Positions 1 to 14,200 of a DNA stretch of 64,000 bases are shown here, piece after piece (the stretch's first letter is position 1; each line of letters begins with the position of its first letter). Source of the stretch: Raillietiella orientalis (taxonomy: Eukaryota); the NCBI GenBank assembly GCA_036172245.1, contig JAYWIR010000020.1, forward strand, positions 868,001 to 932,000, in the 5' to 3' direction. A program made the position numbers and the translations under genes. The notes beneath the pieces were generated by a model. It ran no database searches. It was not told where the DNA came from and saw only the letters and a program-made list of their open reading frames with translations.

Positions 1-3000
1 ATCAATCATCATGCAAAATGCATCTGCTGGTCTGCAAAGTTAGTTCAAGAGGAACTAGGAGATTTGTTTCAGCACTCAACTGTACTTTTCCTTTATCAGC
101 ATTCATACGCTTATTTAAATTCTTTTAAACATATCGCTCGGGTGTGCTATTCCATTCTGAATTTTGGTCTATTTAGAATGCAAGTGCTCTTTCCACTACG
201 TCACTGTCATCCTAACATAGTAGTGGTTGGCAGGGAGAACCCAAACCATAATTTCTGCCTTCTAAAGATCCCCAATCCTTCCCTTTTTTAAATGAACAGA
301 GGTTTGCCACGATGCTCATTCCAGAGACGCGTAACTTATTGAATCGAAAACTCATCCCTGTGGTGTTTTTCATCATCAATGTGATCATTTCGCAATGCAT
401 GGCATCCAAGAGAAGAAAGAAAGGATTGTTCGTTCGGAAATCAATACTTCGAAGCTGATGATCGTAAACTGCTTCTTTCCTACACTATCCATCGTCATTT
501 ACATAGCTTGTTTTTATTTTCGAAGCAAAAGGCTCGCGGTTCGTGGAGCTTCGCCTGAGATCCATTTCCTCGAGCAATTCCGCTCTTGCCTATCCGATGG
601 AAATCAACGGCTGCAAAACACCAAGTTGTCGCACAGGCAAACTTTTGAAATAACGGAAGCAAGGCTTCTGTTCAGTAAGCAACCTCGGAGTGAAGATGAC
701 AAAACTTGCACAGTTGCTGACTAATGGAAGTGAAAGTCAGTCGGGATTCGTTTTCATCTCCATGTTTTAGGATGCGTCACCTTGAGTGGCCATGGGAAAA
801 CCCATGCTGGTCAGATTTTTCGCTTTGCTTGCCTCTACAGAGCGAAAATTCGTCGGAGATGCTGGAATTTGGAGTCTTCGCGCTCACCGGGTCGGACCAC
901 TGTTTGCGCAACTGGTAACTCGCCAAGGCGAGGAGTTTTCGTGTTTCCACGACGGAAAGTCTTTGCATTTTGCTAAGCGAAAAAGCGCACATTACTTTCT
1001 TGGTCCACTTGGTGAGAATTTTCTCCATATGGAGTTCTGATTTCTCACATTAATTCTTCTATTAGAGAGAGCCCTTCGTCGACTCTGAAGTATGCATGAC
1101 TGTTGCACCAATCTGCTAAGTGATTCCTCTTTGACCTTGTTCATTCAAATGAAGCTGGCGACTGTGAAAGACTTAGCTCCGAGTAATCAAATTAAATGAA
1201 TAAACAAGAGCACAGATCAATCGGAGATAAACGGATTGGCACTGATGGTGACTGCTGCGATGAAAAAAAGCAACTGCTGTAATTTCATCATGGATGTCTG
1301 AATCCGCATTCAATGGCAAGTTCATGAAATCTTATTTGCTGGAATTTAAAAAAGCAAAACAAAAATAAAACAGGAAGTTTGTTCGTGCTCGGTGGACAAG
1401 CGCAAACAAGGCTATTCGACAAGGGTTTCCCAATTGTGTGGTAGTAGCAAATGGATTTTTGATATCGCGAGCCAGTAAGTATCACTAAAATTACTGAGCA
1501 CGAAATCGATCGGGCCATACTATTCCCGTTCCATATGCCTCAAAGCTGGAAATTCGCTTCCAGTCTCCAGTCATGTATTGTGCAACATAGTTGCATGGCT
1601 GCTTTAGCAAGCATTCTCATGCCTGACATATGAAACGATTCTATCTGGTCTCTTTAACCATCGAGTTTTCTTCGAATGGTGAACTTTCTCGAGCTGTGTG
1701 AGGGCAGTTTCATCAAGAAAGAAAGAAAGAAAAACGATATGATGCGGATGTCTCTGATTGTAGCAAGAGAAGCAAACACTTGGAGTTGATGAAAACGTGT
1801 GATTGGCAGGTCGGCAGGTGACCCAGAACTGATGCTTCGCTTGTTTCCCTATGGTAGCGAGCTGTCCAGAGAAGTTTCAGTCGGCTGCAGCGAAGTTTCA
1901 TCAGGGTTTGATGAAATCTTTTCGATAACACTTCCATTCAAATGTTTTGCTTCCGCCATCCCAAAACGGCAGATTTTCACGTAATTTCCCCTTTTTGGAG
2001 GAAACTACGAGTGAAGAAGGTCATAGGAATACTGCAAGTTTTCGGAACACAGGATCTCTTCAGGGAGTCTTAACCGTTATCGTTGCAGTACTGTGTGTGA
2101 TCGAAGTACAGAGCAGAGGTATAATAGAAAAGCTCTAAACCAAGCAAGCCTTCACACAAAAGTCTAAAGCGATGGTTTTGCTTCTTTAAGAGATCGGGAA
2201 CTTTGACTACAAGAAGAGGAAATATTTAATCTAAAGATACAATAACACACGCAAGGGCGGCGGAAAATTGAAAGTCATTTTAAAAAATTTTTTTTAGACA
2301 AATTAAAAGTTGGGACAAGACACGCAGATCTCTTGCTGTCTATTCTCCCCCTTCCCACTTAAGTTTCAAGAATGGATCCCAACTTTACAAAGCTGTCGTC
2401 GCCTTCAGCCACATCAGTTTTCGGATCAACAGGTAGTCTTTCATTCTACAAAATGCTGCTGCAGCTCTTACTCCGCGATTCCACAGATGATTTCAGAGAC
2501 GTGCTTTGATCGTGAAAGTATCTACATAAGTAATAAGAAAGTATTTACTTAAAACCATTGCAGGAAAATTGGCTCAGTATTGACACTTGCTTTGTAGTAT
2601 ATTAGAAATTATGTATTCGCGTGTAATGGATAAGAGTGCCGAAATACACCGAACCTTGGAAGATGACGAGCCGCAAACCGCTCTAGCAGTTACAAAACTC
2701 GACAGAATAGAGAAGTTCTAGACAACCGGGGAGCATTCTCATACGATCCCATTGTACGGAGTGAGACGTTTGTTCGGAGTGTTTGGATGAGTTTGGAGTG
2801 TGGAGAAGAGGCTGGAGCGCGTCTTTTTCGGGAGCTCACAACAACGTGTAGGACTGACACTCTCTAAGGACATTCACTAAACCAACATCGTTCAGGCAAA
2901 TGCTCATTAAGAGTCAATACATATTCGAATAACAGCTGATTATGGAAAGCTTATATCTAACCTGATGTAGTAGCACGAGCAGTCTGCACAATTTATCTGC

Positions 3001-3559
3001 AGGCATTATATGCAGCGTACGCTCCGAATACGTGGATTACGTGACGTTGCAAAGCAACCACTCTTCAATTTGAAGAGAGAGCACCGTGCTAGAAGTGAAT
3101 CGAGGCAATTCGGAAAGAACTCCATGAGTGAGGTCCATAATTCTTCAGGAGTTCCGAATGGCTAAATGTGAAGAATAAAGTATTGATTGCTATCTTAACT
3201 CCATACACGAAGCAGCAGCCACTGAATCATTCATGAAAGCTTCTATTCTTATGCAGTGAGAATGTCGTATAACATGCGGAGCGTGTAACCTCTCTATCTT
3301 CAAAAATGGATGGGACTGGCAACCATTAGAGAAATCACATTGTTCGTCTGTTATTATGAAGATCCTTTCGAGGGCGTTTTTGGGAAGTGATCTGATTGCA
3401 AATCATGAAACGATCGAACCATCATTCGTTTCCATATTCTCTACAATGGCCTTATATGAACACATTTGTAACCTTGGCATTCATAAGTTCCGGTGGCGGT
3501 TAAACCTCGTTCCTCGTTCATTCGTTAGTATCCATTCTACTACCGAAAAGATTCTCTTT

Positions 3560-3975
3560 CATCATCAATACACAGTTGGTCACGAGGAAGGAAGGCGATC
3601 CAAGCCACGCCTTCCCAGAGCCCAGAATCTTCGAGAAGCGGAATCCACCCTTGCGGACCACCTTCCAAGAGTCCTACTTGACCTATGAAATACACCGCCC
3701 TGATTCTCGAAGCTCCTGGGGAGGCCCAGAGTTATCATGACCTTCAGCAAGTTCAGCCAACTACCTCTTTTGGAATCACCGTTTCCGGGACCGCATCTAA
3801 GCATTTCGCCAAAAAAAGCAACTCTGGTAAGAGACTCATGGTCAGCGGCAGCTGCTTTGTGCACTACGGTGCCTTTGCCAGTCTGTAACATACTACTTCA
3901 CACTGGCTCTCGGATTCACCCTGCTTGATTACCGAGACCCACTGCCTCCTGCAGCGTGGGGACTCGAGCGTTCGA
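3560..3975 (+). mobile_element. Highly degraded Ty3/gypsy integrase-like remnant
   Basis: Fragments FHHQYTVGHE...RA and LADHLPRVLLDL resemble integrase YHPQxNGxVER and WxxxLPxVLLGLR; frameshifted. Confidence 0.35.
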
Positions 3976-6900
3976 CCACTATTCACCATTCCTTAAATTT
4001 TTCTTCGCTCTACTCATGGACTTGCTTTTTCCTTAGGGTTCCCACACTCTCTGAGCTGCTTGTCTCTCCGGGGATGGATTCTGATTTCCTGCCTCTGCCT
4101 AACAAATGAAGGACCCGGACTTCTGGTCACTGGAGAAGAGACCAGTGGGTCACTCCAGACTTTATTTAAGTCGGGCTTCCCCGATTCACTAATCGAAAGA
4201 ATTCAGGAATCACGTGCTCTTGGATTGCGCGGCATCTAAATGTCCACGTGTGCAGGAATGCCGTGTTCAGTTACCCCGGGAGCGAGAAAACAAACAAACA
4301 AAGAAACTCTTAAGAAAGAGCTCTCTGACTTGCTGTGGAGAGTGGGCGAGCGGATGAATTCCCGAAGCCGTCACTGAGGCATTCGCGTGCTTCTTGTTGC
4401 ATGCGTTCCGTCTTGCTGACATTCCTGCTTCCAACACTAAGCTGTTCAATTTATTTACGTGCCTCAATTTGCTCAGGAACGATTCTGGAAATGAAATCTT
4501 AGGGAAACTGTCTTGAATCTCCGTCTCTGGAAAGTGATCGTCTTGCTCAGGTTTTCAATTCTCACGATTTTCTCATCATCATCTGTCCAAAAGCATGGAT
4601 GATTTCAGGGGGAGGAGGGGAGAATTTCCTTTTTGTTTTTCTCTCTCTCTTTTCCATGTGTGTTTTCCTTTCTAAATAATGCAGTCTTACGAATGCAGCT
4701 GCAAATTTCAGGCGTTCCACAGACACCGGTTTAATAGGGGGGGAATTTCGCAGGACCAGATGAATCTATTCCGCTGCGGACGAAACGATTTCGAATGGAC
4801 GGCGAGATCGAGATTAGATGAGATGATGCATGCCTCACTCTTCTTTGAATTACCTTCCAAGTCCCGTGGCAACACGAATCATCTCCGATCATCTTCGATT
4901 TTCAATCTGCAGTCGCTGTTTCAGGTAAGACTCGACGCAGCGTTCCTTTCTTCCCACCTGTTTTCCATCTTCCATAATTAACCTCGAATCCAAAGCTCCG
5001 AGTCATTTCTTCTTTTTTTTTGTTCTTGTTCTTTATTGGTTTCTCATTTTGAACAATTAATCGTCGAGGCTACCCAATAGCATTTGGATATTTGGGACTG
5101 GAGGATGAACGACTGTTTCCACGCACCGACCTGCCGAAGTGATTTTAGTGCGGCTGAACACGATCACTCTGCTACCACCTCGGTATTCCCGCCATCCATG
5201 GGTGACACTATGCATATTTTCCCCGTATCTCACACAAGAAGTTCATCCGCTCATTCCATGGTCACTATGGTGCATTCGAATCCCAGATCCCGAGTTTCGA
5301 CTGGGCGCTTGCAGGAGAGGAGTGTGGCAATACAGATGCCAGAAGAAATAAAAACACACAAAAAAACGATACTAGCAAATGCTAAAAGTTGCTTGATGTT
5401 AGTGCTAGTTCTTCTAAGAGCTTACAAGAAAACGATCCCGATCCTTTCTGTGACCCCGGTAGAAGGTGAACCGCGAAGCTGTCCTTGTTTCCACGAGGAA
5501 CGGCAAGAACAAAAGGCTATAAAGAAGCGAGTTCCTGACTGCTTGGAGAACATAACTCTAATAATGATAATAAGGATTATCGAGAAAGGCAGTATTTGTA
5601 ATGAGCGGTATCGTGAGGAGCTAACGTTCGCAGCACACCCGTGGAGGAATCCATTCCCCAACTCAAAAACCTCAGATCTATGAAGTTTCACCGGAAAATG
5701 AGAACCCCTCTAAAAACGAGAACTTGCTTTTTTACTCCGCTTGCGTTGAAAAGTGCTTTACTTTCTAATCCGATTATGTGATCACGATTCATGCACCAGT
5801 TATGAAGTTTTAAGGATGCCCAGATCTTATAAAGGCAGGGGACAATGAGTTCGTGGCAAACTGAAGAGAGAACAAACAACCGAGAACGCCACAAGCAAGA
5901 AAGTAAACAGCTGACATTCCTGATTAGGAAGCACTAGTAGTTGGCTGCAGTCTTCAAGAGGTGCTTGTTGTCAGTGGCAACTTTGCAATCCCGATTCTGC
6001 TGTCCTGCTGTCTGAGAAGCAGATACAAGTGTTCGCGCTTTCAACGTCTACAAGGCAAGCAATCTCTGCAGTCTGACTTGAACGACTCAGGGATTCCTAA
6101 AGTAAGATTTTCTGCGGACATCCGGAATTCTAAGTAATACAGTACTTCAATTCTAAGTAATTCAAGTAAGAAATGTAAGTATGAAATTTTCATGTTCATA
6201 ATATAGCAATGTCATCGAGATTCTCCTGATAGAATCGTGCTGTTTTATAGCTGAAGATTTTCTCTTGAGTAACTGGAAGATGCTCCAAAGAAACTGTGAA
6301 TGAAATGTATGTACGATGGAATGCGAAAATTGAATAAATAAATGGAGAGAGGGGAACTCTCTTATTTCAGGAAAGTCACGCTCTTGAAACAGCCGTAGAG
6401 TATCCGCAAAAGTTTTGGAGGGGGAAGAGGAAGAAGAGACCTACTAGCGGTTCGAAAGATCGCTTGATCAGCATCAACCCAAGTCCATAGTATCGCAAAA
6501 AGGTCACTCGCTTGCAATTACAAGAAGCTGCACTGATAACAGAGACTGTCACTTTCGTTTGACTGCTCGTGATCTTTCACTTGGCCACGGATGAAAGGGA
6601 ACTCCCAAACAACTCTGAAATGATATCTTGATTCAAAATTTTTTTTTTTTTTAGTTTGTGTCTTTTGAATGGCCGAGAATGCCGAAATCGAACCGCAAAT
6701 CCTCGCAAGTTTGAAACCTCTCAAGCCGCTCTTTAATCAAAGTTTGAAACAGCTTTTGCATCTTCAAAACTGATCTTCTTGGCCTTGTTCATTTCCCATG
6801 CTTCTTACGTTTATTCCTTCCTATCCTCAGCTGTAGTCGCTGAAGGGTGTTTTTGTTCCTCTTTTCCCTGATTACCGGTTGAGTAAGGAGCAAAATTACA

Positions 6901-8592
6901 TCTGGAATTTGGTTGCAGGATATTTGGTCCAGACGTGGGTGCAGCGGAAGCTGCGGACCCTCGAGTAGTCACGACACGAAAGCGGATTTTTGATAAGAAT
7001 CGCGCTGAAATTCGCGTTTCTTACGGCTCTTCGTTCGGAGGGACTTGGGTGATAACTCAGCTGGAGCACAAGTCTTGCGGGGCGCTGTCGTCTTTTCATT
7101 GCATTACTGAAGAAGTAGTCCGGCTGGGAGTCGGAAGCAAAGATGCTTTGGCTTTCCCTGATGCGGTCCGAAGTGTGTAACTTGAAACCCGTCTCCCCTC
7201 TCGCTCAGAAGTGCACGCAGATCTGGTTCTCCGCGTTCCCTGGAATGGTTTGCTGTCCCGCCAGATCACACGGTGAAGTTCCGTGGTTTGCTCATATTCC
7301 AGCATCTATAGATGCCGCTCTCTAAGAGTCAGCTGATCTTCCTCTTTGGAAAAAGAGGAAAATCAGCTGTTTTTCAGTTTCTCAGAATGTTCATTTCGGG
7401 AATCCATGAGCAAATGGAATGGGAGCCTTGCTGAGATTCCGAGCCGCGTCTTGGATGCAGCTGCTCAAGCAGGTCAACTCGCCTACAAGTCGTGTTGACA
7501 TGATATCTTTAAACGCTGCATCCTGTTTTATCAGTAGTCCTCCTCCTACCATCTCAATTCAACAGTCTCTAAGCCCACTATTCAACTTGAAAAGCTTGAG
7601 AAGCTCAAACACAAGATACAGTTCCCCCTATTCTCACTACTTCCATCAGACCCATCCTCTTCGTGCACATACAAGTGATATCAAATTTCTCTTTTCACCG
7701 AAAACACGCCTGCAGTCGTTGCAGCGCAACCGAACGCGTTCATCCATAGGAAATTACTCTCTTCCTTGATTAGCTAAGCTCAGAGTTCGTGGCTTTCACT
7801 TTCGGCCGCAGCTCCATTAGGAATCTCTCATTGCATTCCAGCCGTCCTTCGCTCCACTTGCTTTCGCGCTCGTTTCGTGCTGAGGTGGAAATTTCTGTGC
7901 CACTCCGGGTGCTTGCGCCACGAATGATGAGCTTCTGCGGCAGCGCAGACCGAGACAGGGAGGCGGGTTGCGGCTGCGGGAAAGGAGATGAGTGGGTGCA
8001 CCATCCATACAGTAGCTTTTTCACGCCTGGGATGGATCTGCCATAGATCCGCGCGTGGAGCTCACGAAGACTGGCGGAAGCGATCATGAACTTCATTTAA
8101 CTTTGATCACATTCCAGGAAGAAGAGAAAGCTAGGCAGAAGGAAATACTGTCGTCTCGTTTCCGAAACACTGCGCGGAGACTGGGCTCAGTGTCTTCCGC
8201 AAGCACCTGGAAGCAAGGAACCGCACTCGATTCGTCCAAGTCAGGAGCTGTGCGGTGAAACTCTGATCCCGGTCCTGATCCGCCTAGATAAGCTTCCGAA
8301 GTGCGGAACATGCACGCCACAGAAAGAGCATCATCTTCTCCAGGCTGCTTGATCTGTGGTGCGGAAGGTGGTTCAAAAGCTGGGGACCGGCTCTGTGTCT
8401 CTCAGGAGCCTTGCGTTTTGCACTCCAGGCCGTCCTGCCCTGTGCGTGTTTGCACGCAGAGATCGGAAACTTGATGCGGAACACGTGCGATCTTTTGCTG
8501 TCAAACCATCATCAAATATGTGCATTCATTATCATTAATCTGGGATCAACCGATTCCAGATTAGCTGCTGACGCAGATAACAAACTGCCTTA

Positions 8593-8610
8593 GCAGCAGC
8601 AGCAGCAGCA
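8593..8610. repeat. (AGC)6 trinucleotide microsatellite
   Basis: Directly visible. Confidence 0.85.
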
Positions 8611-9200
8611 ACAAAGCACCTTAGCAGACTACAAGTCGAAGTAGGAGGTGCAAAAAATCAAAAGGACTCGAGAAAAAATATGGAGATGCCATGTAGACGC
8701 TAGTGGATTAATCCGACAGGGATTCAAAATTTGCACGCATAACTCTTCTGCAGCGTTTCAGGAACAGATTTCTCTGCATTGTTCGCCGAGATCTTGTTTG
8801 CTTGTTTGTCTCTTCGGTTTGCGAATTTGTGCCTTCAGTTCAAAAGCATCATTTTCCTGATAAAAAAAAAATACTGCCTTCCATCTCATGAGCCTTCCAA
8901 ACAAATCTGTTCCAATGCGATTCCGAACAAATAATCTCTTCCAGTCCGAAAGTGTCCTCCTTCGGAATCGCGTTTGTAAGGAAAGCACTCGATGGTTGGT
9001 AAAAAGAAACACTCAAACATCGTTTGTTCAGGAATCAGGTTCATCTCCCATAGAGCGCAAAGATGCAGATGCACGAGAGAGCTAATCGAGGATCACCCTG
9101 TTAAACGACCCCGAATGTTACAACATCATTGCACGATCCAGGATTTGCAAATTTTGCCATCGGAAATAAAAAACGAATTCGCCAGCCATCTCAATCACGT

Positions 9201-9206
9201 TTTATT
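9201..9206 (-). terminator. Candidate polyadenylation signal AATAAA overlapping the ApoD-like stop codon
   Basis: Minus strand reads TGC TGA ATAAA. Confidence 0.55.
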
Positions 9207-11196
9207 CAGCAGTTGTTCTGGATGGTCGGCAGCAAAAGGCTGGTGTCAATCTTCAAGGAAGCCAGCTTATCCTTCAAGGCATCAATCAAGCCTTTCGGAG
9301 GCTGCTGCTGACGGGTTAAAATCCACAGAAATTCTGAAAAGGAAAAAGGAATGAAGAAGAAGAAGATGCTCGTACAACTTGCATACTATTTTTTTTTTTT
9401 TTGCAATTTAAACACGGCAAATTTCATGCAGGTGTTTCGCGCGAGACTTCCTGAATTCTTTGTCTCTTTCGATTCACACTCTGCTGCTATGGTTATTTGC
9501 TCGGCAACGACACCTCGACGAAGGGAACTTCCGGCACCTTTATCTACCTTGCAGCTACATGCGCAACATACCTACGGGCACACACAGCTCTAAGCTATGG
9601 GTGCTCCTAGGATAACAAAGGGAACCAGCAAAACTTTTCTCCCCTTCGGGAGCTTCCCCGAGAAGGAGGCGCTCTCGGAGCAGATTTCCTTCAGATTTTC
9701 GTCTCCCTCCACGCAATGATGTGAGCCTTTTAAAAGCACGTCATAAAAACCAGCCACACATCAACAACAAATAACCGAATATTGATTACTTTAACATATA
9801 AGGTAAACACTGATTGTATGCAATATGCAAATGAATCTCCCAGTCATAACATTTGCTCCTTTGATACAAAAGAACTCTCGCAGCGTTCGCATCAGAGACT
9901 TTGCGTGGTTCGTAAAACAGGCAATTCTTCAGATTCCTGCTAAGCGAACAGACATCTCATATGAAACACACGGCATCGGCAGGCAGGCGTGTTTGCAGGA
10001 AACACCGAATCTACTTGAAATGTTTATTTCTTCGTGGAGCCACTTCGAAAAAGGCTTCTCGGATAGGGAGGGCAACTCCGGGAAAAGCTGACGGGGGTTT
10101 CGCTCGAAAATATGCGTGATGACATGCCAAAAAAAAAAAAACAAAGGTATGGGCTGTTCGACTTACTTGAGTTGAACAGTAGAATTTCGCTGCAAGAGTA
10201 AACTAGAGAGTAAGTCTTGTAATCAGTATGGATGATTTGGTAGTTGGGGTGCCTCTCAGCAACCGCTACAGGAATCACTTGAGCAGACTGTTGCCGACCA
10301 CACCAACTTACGCAGCAAAATCATTCCGAAATCCACAAAGAATTGAGCTTCGCCGTCTTCACTGGGGATGAGCTCAGCTTCTCCCCGGATGGAAACTGGT
10401 ACATCTCCAAACGGTGTGCTAGAAAAATAGCTGGTTTTAATCTTCACGGTTCTTTTTCCTATATCTAAAGCAAATCAATCCCATTCTCAATTCTACTCTG
10501 ATCTCATGAAATGAATTCCGTTCCTTAAAATCCTCAGGGATTGGGAATTTCACGCTTGTCAGTTTCTGATACCGTCCCTTGAGTTTCTGTCTGCACCACG
10601 ATCCATCAAATCGGCTGAAATCCTCAATATCAATCATACACTAGGCACGTACGGAGTGACGCCTCTGTTTTCAACTGATATCTTGTTGCCTGGAAGGGGT
10701 CCATAGACCGCAGATATGCACTTCTGATTGACCTCAAACATTGCAAAATACTTCTCCTGCTCATACCAAGTTCCCAGGTACTGGAAGAAAGGCAAAGGAG
10801 ATACATTGCCACGTAAATGGAATTTTCGATTCCGATCAAACGGATTCGAGTTTTCCCTTCAATCAGGAGCGCCGGTGGGTAGAAACACGGTTTGTTTGTT
10901 TTTCCCTGCGGGAGCACGAAGCCGAGAGAGGTGGTCTGGGGAGTCAGGGAAGGGAAACCGCTTCCGACCCCAGCCATACAGCTTCTTGCATCCCGCTGCC
11001 CATGAAGACTCGCAGACTCGCCCCAAAGGCAGAAACGGGTTGTAGGATCATTGCTTACCGGTGTTGTATTGAAATGCTTCATGATGGGGACATTTCGGCA
11101 CGGTCCCCATCCGATAATCTGAGCCCTTGCGCTGTTTGCAGCAGCTGCCACCAGCCAGGTCACGAAAAGTATGCTCAGGTTGCGAATGTTCATCAT
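9206..11196 (-). CDS. ApoD: Apolipoprotein D-like lipocalin, 5 coding exons, 199 aa, secreted
   Basis: Exons 11196-11059, 10780-10653, 10418-10312, 10265-10167 and 9333-9206 are joined by phase-compatible GT-AG introns (600 nt total). Product: MMNIRNLSILFVTWLVAAAANSARAQIIGWGPCRNVPIMKHFNTTPYLGTWYEQEKYF...IHTDYKTYSLVYSCSEILLFNSKFLWILTRQ...TIQNNC*. It has a signal peptide, the lipocalin motifs GTWYE, TDY and WILTR, and four Cys as in ApoD. Confidence 0.95.
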
Positions 11197-11224
11197 GATT
11201 CAGATGGGAGGGCTGAAGAGATCC

Positions 11225-11230
11225 AACTGA
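11225..11230 (-). promoter_or_regulatory. Initiator-like element TCAGTT upstream of the ApoD-like gene
   Basis: Matches the arthropod Inr consensus TCAKTY, about 30 nt upstream of the ATG. A TATA-like TATATTT at 11267-11261 is at non-canonical spacing. Confidence 0.4.
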
Positions 11231-14200
11231 TATCGAGCAGTGGCTGAGCAGGCTCTTGCCAAATATATCCATTGCTCAAATAACTGAAGCAGCAGTTCAG
11301 CGTCAGAGATATCATATCTTCGAAATTTCATGTGAATCCGTGACAACATCAGTCGAGAGGAAATCAAAAATATGTGCTCACATTAATATTATGAAATGTA
11401 AATAACTTCTCGAACGTTACGAACCTAACGCGATTCAGATGAGCCTTACCATCCAACTTTCATATGAAGAACTGCTGTCCCTAAATGTTTGCTCCATGGT
11501 AGGGAAGAAGCGGAAGTTACCGACTACCTTGAAAACCGGTTCTAAGCTTCGGTATCCCCATTTGTCAGTGCTAATTTCCTCCAAACTAGGGTATGGCAAG
11601 GACGTTATCTACAGGGCGACGAGGTTTCTTGCTTGCGTGCAAGAGCATGTGGGCATTGCAGCCTTGTTGCTGCCATTGCTGCAATGCGTCGATTTCAGGA
11701 GCCGACCGTGACCGTGTGCATGGGTAGTCTCATCTCAGACTCCATGTGCTCAAAGCATTTGTTCAAGAGGATGAAAAGACTTTGCCTTTGAACGCCTGAT
11801 TCCTGCCGGGAATGAGAGCCATAGGTTAAAATTTTTCTTCTTCTTCTTCTTTCGTTTACCCAATAATGCACTTTTGCCTATTCCTGGATGTTGGTGGTGC
11901 ATCTTGAAAGCTCGAGGTTTCTGCTTACGAGAACACAGCATGCCAAAATGGGTGCGTGAATTTCCTTGTCTAAGACGCTTTATGCTGATGACATGCAGAC
12001 GAAAGCATTACATTATACGATGAGCAAGCAAGCACTCAGCTTACATCCGTAAATAACAACAAGTGAGTGCTCGGGAGTTTCCAGCAAACTATGCATATAG
12101 CTCCAGTCTAGACGCAGTTTTCCAGTCACAGTGAAAGGAACTCTACGCGAGGAGCATTACTGCGTCGTGGCAGTTCCTGTCCAGATGAGACCTATTTTAC
12201 TCACAGTGATCTAAAAATGAATAAGTTTCAAGAAAAGGATATCCAATGAATTTCTAAGAAAGGGAAAAACTGAGTTGCCACTTTAACTGCGCGCTCCATT
12301 CGTCTTTTCATCTTTCAATAATCCCTCAAAGAATATTCCTTTCGGTCTTTGGTGCATCCGTTTCCAATCATCTACGATCGTAATTCACAGACACACACCT
12401 ACTTCTGCAGAGATTTGATGTTCGCACGGAAGGAAAAAGGAAAAAAGTGTTGGTTTCTCTCTGCTTCAGGTTTATTTGCCTGAATGTGAAAGAACTTGTG
12501 ACTCGCGAAGTGTTCCTTGGAGGCTGCTTTGATTCCTCCTGCCGTTTTTCTCGAAAAGCTGAGGGAAAACGCAAAAAGCATCCTTTCCTCTCCTTTTTTC
12601 ACTTGAAACATTTGCGGTTCAACATTCATTCAAAACATTCATTTGATCAAGAGCAGAGTTCCGATGTTTGATTCATGAGGGACTGTTAGATATCTCTTGA
12701 TTAACACAGACATCAGGCAAAACAAATAGCTGAGATGATCATTCCATATCGTCGCATCAAATGATGAACGTAGTTTTTGCAGGTGCTATGAGCCAACGGA
12801 AGTGGATACTTTTAATGCTAGGGCCTATACGAAGTCAAAGCAATTGATGAAGTGAAGTTTTCAAGATAATCATAACTTGAAGGGGGATTTCATCATTTTT
12901 ATTTTTATTTTTTTTTACGAGAGGCTTCGATCCAAGTTCGTTTGCGGCAACACCACATCGACTGAGATAGGGTTCTGGAATGAAATGCTGGAGTTACAAA
13001 AGTGAAGGACGCCGTAATTTCTCATTCTGGCTTGCCGCACCATTTGTTTGGAATAAACACATGAAAATTTGCATTAAGAAAGGTCCGATCACTTTTCAGA
13101 CCGAAACAAAAGGGGACAAAACTCGGGAGGAAGAGGAGGAAGGAATGGAAAGACCAATAAATAAACGAACAAATGAGAGGTGAGATGGACCGCCTCCACG
13201 GAGATGAACGTGATTCCCGAAGGCCACAGGAAGAAGGAGGGAAGGAACAGGGTGATGTCACTGTTGGGGAGCTAACCTGGCCGCAATCGTCCTGATACAC
13301 TTTGTATTTCACATCCTGGTTTGGTCCATATCATCACACTTCACGTGGTGGTCGTGAACAGCGCCCTGGGATGACGATCACATTCCACTTTCATTCTGGC
13401 GATCAGCGTTCGAATGCGGCAAAAGGTCGCCAGCAGAGAAGCTGTTAAGCTCGGGCAAGTAGGCGTTGGTTTGGAGAGCTACTGAGGTTCCCGGAATGAA
13501 TGAGCTAATAACATGCATGCCGCTGCAGCCTGCCGTATTCGAAAAGACCGCGGGAAGGTTTCGGCTATTCCGAAATCTTCCGACGGAACGACCTGCAGAA
13601 AGATCGGTCGAATTCCAACTCGCACGAGAGGTAGCCTTGCATCAGCTTCCTTATACTCTTCTTTGGTCTATACGTTAGTCCAGATCGGTCCCTCCTAGCT
13701 CTCCCCCTTGAAAAACCGAGCCATTTTGACAAGGGCTGGATTTAGCTCGCGAGGGGACAACATCCTGTAAATAGTCTGGAGGCAAGAAAAGAAAAGAAGA
13801 ACCTCGGGTTGTTTCGTGGAGACCTGAGGTTGTCAAACGTGTAACCAGCAAGAAAATAAGAGCAAGGAATAAAGAGGATCAGAGTGATCGCCAACAAGGT
13901 GAAGCCTCAGACGGACGAGGAAATGCTTTCAATACTCTTCGTCGTGTAACCATGAGCTCGAAAGGAAGAAAATAAATAAAAAGAAGACGCAAGGATGGAG
14001 GACAGATGCGAAATCATACATTGGGGTTCAGGAAAATCCCCTCATCAGTTGCTCTTGTTTAGCTCTGAAAAAAGTCGGCGAACTCATTTCTCTATTGGAG
14101 CAGCGAACGTCGTTAGGATTCACATACATTCTACAGAATGTACCCACTCGTTTCCTTTACAGCTACCTTTCATCTCCTTAGTTGCATCCCCCTCAGTATT

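Noticed and set aside
770..920. SGHGKT P-loop-like motif and a candidate exon at 841-914
   Set aside because: No Walker A context, and the implied introns would be only about 31-35 nt.
5084..5683. 199-aa plus-strand ORF
   Set aside because: Non-ATG start, no recognisable domain and no supporting splice structure.
6830..6970. Possible plus-strand terminal exon (YLVQTWVQRKLRTLE*)
   Set aside because: No consistent upstream exon chain or recognisable homology.
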